Part shown: positions 45,859 through 51,528 of the stretch, piece after piece
How the letters are laid out: every line of letters begins with the position of its first letter
Position numbering within the stretch: position 1 is the stretch's first letter
Source of the DNA: a virus
Taxonomy: Duplodnaviria > Caudoviricetes
Strand: one strand, 5' to 3'
Length of the DNA: 51,528 bases
IMG/VR virus record: IMGVR_UViG_3300017971_000076
Coordinates: 1-51,528 of that record
Translations under genes and position numbers: made by a program
Notes under the pieces: generated by a model
What the model saw: only the letters and a program-made list of their open reading frames with translations
Databases searched by the model: none
What the model was told of the DNA's origin: nothing

Positions 45859-47643
45859 CTACGCCGCGTCCTCCTTCGGAATCACGTCATCCACTTCGCG
45901 AATGATGTTCGCAAGCTGCATGGTGACACTACACGGAATATTACTTACCAGTTGCGCAAGCGTGGCGTAGTGCCGGCAGTTATCGAGGGCGGTCAATATG
46001 CGCTTGCTTCCGAGGACCTTGCCGTCCTTATTCACAGCAATCCAATACGACACACCGCCGTAAGTCTTGCGCTGATCCCAGTACAGACCAAAAGCGGACT
46101 CGCGTGTTTCGATCGTCCCAACGGACTTCAGAGTCCCCAGTATCGCGACGACCTTCTTCAGACGATCGACAGGCCTGATATACGGCCCGCTCTGCTTGCA
46201 AGGTCGCTTGATCCCCAGGAGGTCTTCCATCGGCTTGATCTCGTCTTCGATCTTGCAGACGTACTTCAATGCGTCGTCCCGCTGTTGGATGGCGATCTCA
46301 ACCTCTTTCGAGTGCAGCTCGTCTTTCTCGGCGAGCTTCTTTTCTAGTTTCTCATACTCACCAACCAGCAGATTATGCTGAACTATCGTTCGACCACATT
46401 TCTCGGCGTAACGGTCGCACTCAGTCTTTGCAATTTTAGCCTCCTCCTCAAGCTGCCCGATGATTGTGAGATGCTCGTCATTCCGTGTGTTAGCTTCCCT
46501 GTTGTACGCTTCAAGGGCTTCACAGCGCTTGATGAGTGCTTCATACTCTTTAGCAGCGAAACCAGATGAACCTACGGCCTGTCGTTTTAACTCCTCGCAC
46601 TTCTCTTTAGCACCCTTCAATTCGCTAAGGAGGACCTTAGAATTGGCACACATCACATCGTATTGGCGCTTCCAATACTCGCGACTGTCAGTCATTGTGG
46701 CGAGTTCATTTCTCTCGACCTGAAGTTCATCCTTCGCGGCCTGAAGCTCCTCCTGCCCCTTGTCCCGCAACTTGCGGCTCTCGGAAAGCCTGTTGGCCTG
46801 GGCCACCCGCACACGAGTACAGGCCTCAACTTCCCGCGTCATATCGCGAAGCTCATCTGCAAGCTTGACGCGCTGCTTGATTTCCTCCTGGAGGCTCTGG
46901 CTTTTCTCGACAAGCCTTCGTTCAAGGTCCCTGCACTCACTGCGGCAGTTCTCCAGTTTCCCGCGTGTGGTCGTGAGCTTTTTGGCCAGTTGATCTACCG
47001 TGGTAGAACGACGCGCAGCACAATTCGCCTTGACCGCATTTAGCTCATGGAAGAGTTCATCAGCCCTCTTATTGGCGTCGGCAAGTTCGATCACAGCTTT
47101 TCTGCGAGATTCCTCACAGAGATTCAGGTCCTTCTGAAGGTCCTGGCTTTTCTCGTTGAGCTTCCGGTTGACTTCATTACGGGAACTCAGGTCCTTACTG
47201 GCGTCAGCTAACTGATCCTTGATTCGACGGAAATCCGTCTCGGCGCGAGTGTAGGCATTCCTGTAGTTATCGAGTTGGTGCGTGACACGGACAAGTTCCT
47301 TCTTGGCTTCATCACGTTCCTTCTCTAACTCTTCGATCCTCGTGTGAAGCTTGTCGGAAATCATGATGGCCTCAATGACGGCCTGTCGCTCATTCCACAA
47401 CTCCTCTGTCGCATGGGCCAACTCGCCCCGCAACCTCCTAACCCTAGGGAGGCAGCCGACCAAGAAGCGGATCGGCGCGACGGCGAGCCAGAGAAACCGA
47501 CGGATCGGCCGGAACTGGCGACGTTCCCATTCCGGCCATGCGCTCCATTCATACTCAAACCAGACTTCCTTGACTTTCTCTGAACCATTGGCAGTCAACG
47601 GAATGGCGGCATGATCCGGGGCAGAAACACGGTCTTTACTCAT
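45859..47643 (-). CDS. Long coiled-coil protein with N-terminal amphipathic/hydrophobic segment
   Basis: Heptad-like E/K/L/R-rich region of roughly 400 aa; GGGAGA RBS. Confidence 0.75.
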   Translation of the reverse strand: MSKDRVSAPDHAAIPLTANGSEKVKEVWFEYEWSAWPEWERRQFRPIRRFLWLAVAPIRFLVGCLPRVRRLRGELAHATEELWNERQAVIEAIMISDKLHTRIEELEKERDEAKKELVRVTHQLDNYRNAYTRAETDFRRIKDQLADASKDLSSRNEVNRKLNEKSQDLQKDLNLCEESRRKAVIELADANKRADELFHELNAVKANCAARRSTTVDQLAKKLTTTRGKLENCRSECRDLERRLVEKSQSLQEEIKQRVKLADELRDMTREVEACTRVRVAQANRLSESRKLRDKGQEELQAAKDELQVERNELATMTDSREYWKRQYDVMCANSKVLLSELKGAKEKCEELKRQAVGSSGFAAKEYEALIKRCEALEAYNREANTRNDEHLTIIGQLEEEAKIAKTECDRYAEKCGRTIVQHNLLVGEYEKLEKKLAEKDELHSKEVEIAIQQRDDALKYVCKIEDEIKPMEDLLGIKRPCKQSGPYIRPVDRLKKVVAILGTLKSVGTIETRESAFGLYWDQRKTYGGVSYWIAVNKDGKVLGSKRILTALDNCRHYATLAQLVSNIPCSVTMQLANIIREVDDVIPKEDAA

Positions 47644-47668
47644 ACGGGTCTCCCTTCTGAAACAGAAT

Positions 47669-47719
47669 TGTCACTCTCTACGCTAACAAGGAACTTACTG
47701 AACCCATCGCTGCCCCACC
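47669..47719 (-). promoter_or_regulatory. Repeated late-promoter-like element, copy B
   Basis: GGTGGGGCAGCGAT-N11-GTTCCTTGTTAGCGT, both boxes identical to copy A. Confidence 0.7.
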
Positions 47720-47720
47720 C

Positions 47721-47751
47721 AAGAAAGGGGGGAAGCCCGCCGGAGCGGGCT
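47721..47751 (-). terminator. Terminator-like hairpin after XRE gene
   Basis: AGCCCGC/GCGGGCT stem then pyrimidine tract. Confidence 0.45.
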
Positions 47752-47774
47752 CCGGGGGGCAGCCCAAAGGCGAA

Positions 47775-48149
47775 TCAGGCCGCGGCTTGCTCGACCAGCG
47801 GGGCGACCAACTCTTCCGCGGACATGCCGAGGGCGCCGGCAATGCGAGTCATCCTCGCATGAGCTTCCCGGAACTTCCTCTGAATGCCATCGGACGGAAT
47901 TCCGCCGCCCCGAGTGTAGCTCAGTACCTTTTCCCGGTACTTCAGGTACTTCTTCGACGGATCGAATTCCTCATACTCGATATTGCACCACGACGACACC
48001 GAGTACTCGGATTTACGCGCACACTCCTCCTGCGTCAGTTCGGCCGCCCGGCGGATGGCTCGAACACGTCTGCCGAAGGTCTTCGGGCACTTGTCTGAAT
48101 TGGCAACAACCTCAGCAAGCATTTGGGCATCCGACTTTTCATCGCTCAT
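47775..48149 (-). CDS. XRE-family HTH protein with internal insertion
   Basis: FGRRVRAIRRAAELTQEECA...S.SSWCNIE ... RIAGALGMSAEEL; AGGAG RBS before ATG 48149. Confidence 0.75.
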   Translation of the reverse strand: MSDEKSDAQMLAEVVANSDKCPKTFGRRVRAIRRAAELTQEECARKSEYSVSSWCNIEYEEFDPSKKYLKYREKVLSYTRGGGIPSDGIQRKFREAHARMTRIAGALGMSAEELVAPLVEQAAA

Positions 48150-48750
48150 ACGGTCTCTCCTCTGGGAAGTGGAAGTGAAACATGAACTCATCATCCATTC
48201 CACGTTAGTTGGGTCCCTCGCTTTTCCGTCGTGCCCCACTCCGGGAATCCAGATTTTTTTCAATCTTCTTTTCTGGATGGCCCCATAACCGGAACCCGAC
48301 CGATCGCCCTTCTCCGGGGTTCTCCATGGAATAGGACGGCTGGTCGAAACGGGACGGCCGACCGGCCGTTATTTCCGATGATCCCGAAACAGATTTCGGG
48401 ACCATCGTCCTCCTCCTCCATGGAGGCTCCCTGGAGCATGGAGACTCCTTGGAGCCATGTGCGCCTGCGTGAGGACGAAGCAGTCCAAGGCAAGGGCGTC
48501 CGGCCGAGAATCCTCGAATTTACCCCCCCCGGTTGGTTTTGGCACTGAATTCTAGTTGATCTGGGGTAAACATTAGCACCTAAATGAAGTATTACACTTA
48601 ACTTAACACCAAAATTCTCGTTAAGTTCTTTTGCTGCAATGACTTAGATCATGCCCCCCAGATGGACCGATTGGGCGCGGCGGTAACCAGAAAAGCGGGG
48701 ACGTGAACTCTGGAGTGGCTTCGGATTTTTATAGAATGACGAATGGGTGC

Positions 48751-48910
48751 TTGACACATTGACAGTTCGGCGAGGAGGGAGCGAGTAAGTACGGAGTACT
48801 TACTACTAACTACTTAATATTACTTATCTTAGCTCTCTTCTCTCTCCTATTCCCGGGCGTATAAACGGCAAATTATGTGTCATTTGACACCGGACTGACA
48901 TTAGACAGTT
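48751..48910. other. Putative replication origin
   Basis: TGACA/GACAGTT iterons flanking an AT-rich core with a 9-bp palindrome (48784-48804). Confidence 0.5.
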
Positions 48911-49587
48911 AAAATTAGGACTTATGGAGGGTGTGATTCGTAAGGAACAACGGGTCCCTCTGGGGGCCCCATGTCGTTGAGGATTGAATTTTAGTGTGTC
49001 GGGAGAGGGGAGCTAAGTCTATGCGGAGAAGTGAGTCGGATGGGGGGGATGGTAAGGATTTTGACGATTGTGGGGCCCCTCCCGGGAACATTCCGACTGT
49101 GCTGATGTGTGAGCACCATACACATGATGTGGCCTAAGCCTAGACGTAGCAAGAGCTTACACATCATAGCGTTGTGACGTGGTGGTGTAGTGATGTGGGG
49201 GCATCGCCCACATTGGACGGCTAGGCTTGCATTGGCCATGGGTATGTGTTACATTGGCGGGCGCAGTGTAACGCTAGCGTACACTCCGCGCCATCACAAT
49301 GACAACAGCCCGGAGTTAACTGCGCTCTCATCTCGACCACACATCACCCCAAACGCTCCCACGTCCACTCTCAGGCCATTCTCTCGAATCCGACCCAGAA
49401 TACCTTCCCGGGCCTAACATCGCCTGAGACGGAACGTCAGAACCTCACCACACCGGCCCGGGCGTTGCCCAGTCTGCCCAGTTTGCCCTAATCGGCCATC
49501 ATCATCGGCCTTCTCATCACAATCATCACAATCCACACATTTCGATGTGTCGGATGAAAATCCGGGCCGATCGGTCTGTTTTTTTAT

Positions 49588-49616
49588 TTGACACGCGAAA
49601 TCAGCGCGTTTATACT
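49588..49616 (+). promoter_or_regulatory. Strong sigma70 early promoter
   Basis: TTGACA-17 nt-TATACT with upstream T-tract (UP-like); spacer carries ACGCG...CGCGT inverted repeat. Confidence 0.88.
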
Positions 49617-49673
49617 TCAATCAGCCCGATGAATCGGGGCACGCACCACACCACACGAGATGAGGGAAACACG

Positions 49674-50291
49674 ATGAACCGCGGAATCGACTACGGCACA
49701 GGGGAGACGAACATTGATGGCGAATCCGGGATTCGCTACGGCGTTATTCCAAGCAATGACGTGTTACAAGCTTGGGCGGACAGCGCAGAATCCAGCTACG
49801 GCCCGCCATCCTGCCCGAAATGCGGGAATGTTGCGACCGCAATTGACGACCCGACAATTCCCGATCTTAGTGTCCTCATTCCGGACGGTTGGGAGGACAA
49901 TGGGCGCGAATACGCCTGCCTGAATTGCGAATACTCATTCGATTCCGATGAAGCATACGGCGAAGAACCGCTATCGTGGTACGTCGACGATGGCGAGTAT
50001 CTGGCCGAACAAAGCGCGGATGATTGCAACGTATTCGTAGTTAAGTCGCCCTACTACACCCGCGCTCAATTCTGCTCGCCCTGCGCTCCCGGCGCGTGCT
50101 ACCTTCGCAACCCCTGCCCGGATGGCGATAAAGCTTATTGCTTCGCGCCAGACTGGTTTGACTGGTTTGCGGAGTGTGGCGAAGAACCGGCCGGAGAGTA
50201 CAACGGCGAGAAAACCTCTTGCCCGTATCCTGTCTATCGGGTGGAAGACGACGAGTGTGTCTACAGACCATACGGCCATGAGGGGGAATGA
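49674..50291 (+). CDS. Acidic Cys-rich early protein
   Basis: GAGGG RBS, first gene after early promoter; CPKC, CLNC, CSPC motifs. Confidence 0.8.
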   Translation: MNRGIDYGTGETNIDGESGIRYGVIPSNDVLQAWADSAESSYGPPSCPKCGNVATAIDDPTIPDLSVLIPDGWEDNGREYACLNCEYSFDSDEAYGEEPLSWYVDDGEYLAEQSADDCNVFVVKSPYYTRAQFCSPCAPGACYLRNPCPDGDKAYCFAPDWFDWFAECGEEPAGEYNGEKTSCPYPVYRVEDDECVYRPYGHEGE

Positions 50292-50476
50292 CAATGAACC
50301 TAGCTCACACTGTGATACTCGAATCAATCGAAATCAACGGGCAGACTGAGACTCGCAATTTACCCGAACCGCAGAGCATTGACGAACTGTATCGGCATTT
50401 TGCTACGGATAAGGGTCGGCCGATTGTCTACCTTCGCACGGACGGGGTTGCGTTCATCTCGTATTTGGGAGGCTAA
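50288..50476 (+). CDS. Hypothetical early protein
   Basis: ATGA coupling. Confidence 0.6.
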   Translation: MTMNLAHTVILESIEINGQTETRNLPEPQSIDELYRHFATDKGRPIVYLRTDGVAFISYLGG

Positions 50477-50480
50477 TTCA

Positions 50481-50732
50481 ATGAGGTTCCACCGTTCACA
50501 CCTTCTCACCCATGGCTCCGGCGCGTTGCGTTCGTGGTCGATTGAGTGGCGCGGCCGGAAGGGGCGGGTACGTTGTATCCGCCTGTCAATCGGCGGGTAT
50601 GGCAATATCCGCCCGCCCGCCGGACTCTGGCGATGGTATCCAAGCGTGACGTACTATCGGCGCGTTGCGTTACATCTTAACTGGCTGCAATTCGGGATTT
50701 CCTTTCTGCCGAACCGATACGGGGGTGGATGA
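50481..50732 (+). CDS. Hypothetical basic/aromatic early protein
   Basis: GGGAGG RBS before ATG 50481. Confidence 0.55.
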   Translation: MRFHRSHLLTHGSGALRSWSIEWRGRKGRVRCIRLSIGGYGNIRPPAGLWRWYPSVTYYRRVALHLNWLQFGISFLPNRYGGG

Positions 50733-51064
50733 TGAGCGAGTACACCGATTCCGTTGAGCGCTACACTGAGGGGCTGGAGTTTATTTCAACCGGCCCTTGC
50801 CCGGGCTGCGACGTATGCCGAAGCGATTACGGGTATGACACCCAAGAGGCGTTCGATGAGGCATACGAGAATGGCGATATCTGCGCGGAACCTCATTTCT
50901 CGTGGGGTGGCTGCGACTTGTGTGGTTCGCGGTTGGGGGGCGATTTCGAGGAGTGGCACGCCCGGGACAAGGAAAGCGGAGAGTTGATCCACGGCCCTCG
51001 CGCTTGCGTCGATTGCGTGGCCTATCTGGCCAATGGGGACGAACCCGAGTTATGGGGGGAATGA
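50729..51064 (+). CDS. Acidic Cys-rich early protein
   Basis: CPGCDVC, FSWGGCDLCGSRLGG, CVDC; Asp/Glu-rich. Confidence 0.78.
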   Translation: MMSEYTDSVERYTEGLEFISTGPCPGCDVCRSDYGYDTQEAFDEAYENGDICAEPHFSWGGCDLCGSRLGGDFEEWHARDKESGELIHGPRACVDCVAYLANGDEPELWGE

Positions 51065-51068
51065 CGCG

Positions 51069-51197
51069 ATGAGAAAGCTACTTCGTAGACTTCGTAGGGT
51101 GCTTGTCTTGGACAGCCAAGCACGAGAACAAGCGCGACGGAAGCGTATCATCTGGCGGGCCATGCAACGGCCCGACTACCGCCCTTGCGGGTACTGA
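51069..51197 (+). CDS. Small basic hypothetical protein
   Basis: MRKLLRRLRRVL... 42 aa filling operon gap. Confidence 0.4.
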   Translation: MRKLLRRLRRVLVLDSQAREQARRKRIIWRAMQRPDYRPCGY

Positions 51198-51209
51198 GAA
51201 GGGAGCACC

Positions 51210-51431
51210 ATGCGCTACTCACTTAAGATCAAATGCGACAACGACGCTTTCGCAGGCGGTAATATGGGAGCGGAAATCGCCCGGATTCTCCGTCAACAAG
51301 CCTACCTGATTGATGGGGTCCAGGTTCCGCTGATTGGCGTGACTGTGATTCGTGACTTGAACGGCCAGAGAGTAGGCCATGCAACCATGACTGACGTCGC
51401 AAACTCTCCAGTATGTCTACTGGTCGGATGA
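51210..51431 (+). CDS. Hypothetical early phage protein
   Basis: GGGAG RBS; DNDAF...EIARILR...RDLNGQRVG. Confidence 0.7.
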   Translation: MRYSLKIKCDNDAFAGGNMGAEIARILRQQAYLIDGVQVPLIGVTVIRDLNGQRVGHATMTDVANSPVCLLVG

Positions 51432-51528
51432 TGACGGCGCGCACGTCATGCTGCAGATTCACGGGGGCTGTGACGTGCGCGGGGGCTACACAATGCCGGC
51501 CGCGTTCGACGTGACTGACTGCGACGGA
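51406..51528. repeat. Terminal direct repeat, copy 2
   Basis: Identical to 1-123. Confidence 0.97.

Larger units (their letters stand above)
1..51528. mobile_element. Complete temperate phage genome, excised/circular form, podovirus-like
   Basis: TerL-portal-scaffold-capsid-tail genes, integrase+xis with uninterrupted attP-like region, replication module, terminal overlap, no host housekeeping genes. Confidence 0.93.

Noticed and set aside
2881-48548. Numerous plus-strand and alternate-frame ORFs in the six-frame track
   Set aside because: Shadow ORFs of GC-rich genes, lacking RBS, coupling or motifs.
1-51528. Stop-codon reassignment
   Set aside because: Long genes are intact in the standard code, and TAA, TAG and TGA all end genes with tight coupling.

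Overview
This window is an apparently complete, circularly assembled temperate phage genome of about 51.4 kb unique sequence; bases 1-123 recur exactly at 51406-51528. The virion module looks podovirus-like: TerL, portal, scaffold, major capsid, adaptor, tail-stabilisation/nozzle protein, fibres and three probable ejection proteins, with no tape measure or sheath. A short plus-strand early block (49674 through the junction to 2723) follows a near-consensus sigma70 promoter. Everything else is on the minus strand: packaging/structure, a putative lysis cassette, an intact attP, integrase, XRE and winged-helix regulators, xis, recombination/replication genes (AAA_24/Sak4-like, DUF669, Cas4-like nuclease, SF2 helicase, primase-polymerase, RusA-like) and a nucleotide-metabolism/methylase cluster. 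The integrase type and the trypsin-thioredoxin lipoprotein suggest a Planctomycetota host (inference). The most interesting points are: (1) a lysis-position cassette with no recognisable peptidoglycan hydrolase, carrying instead a lipoprotein serine protease fused to a CxxC thioredoxin next to a holin-like gene; (2) a tRNA-Thr(UGU) inside the head operon whose 3' acceptor strand is also the Shine-Dalgarno of the next gene; (3) a repeated bipartite late-promoter-like motif; (4) readable attP, origin-like and operator architectures; (5) a repeat-flanked receptor-binding cassette in the tail fibre. All product calls come from motifs read by eye and gene order; no database search was run.
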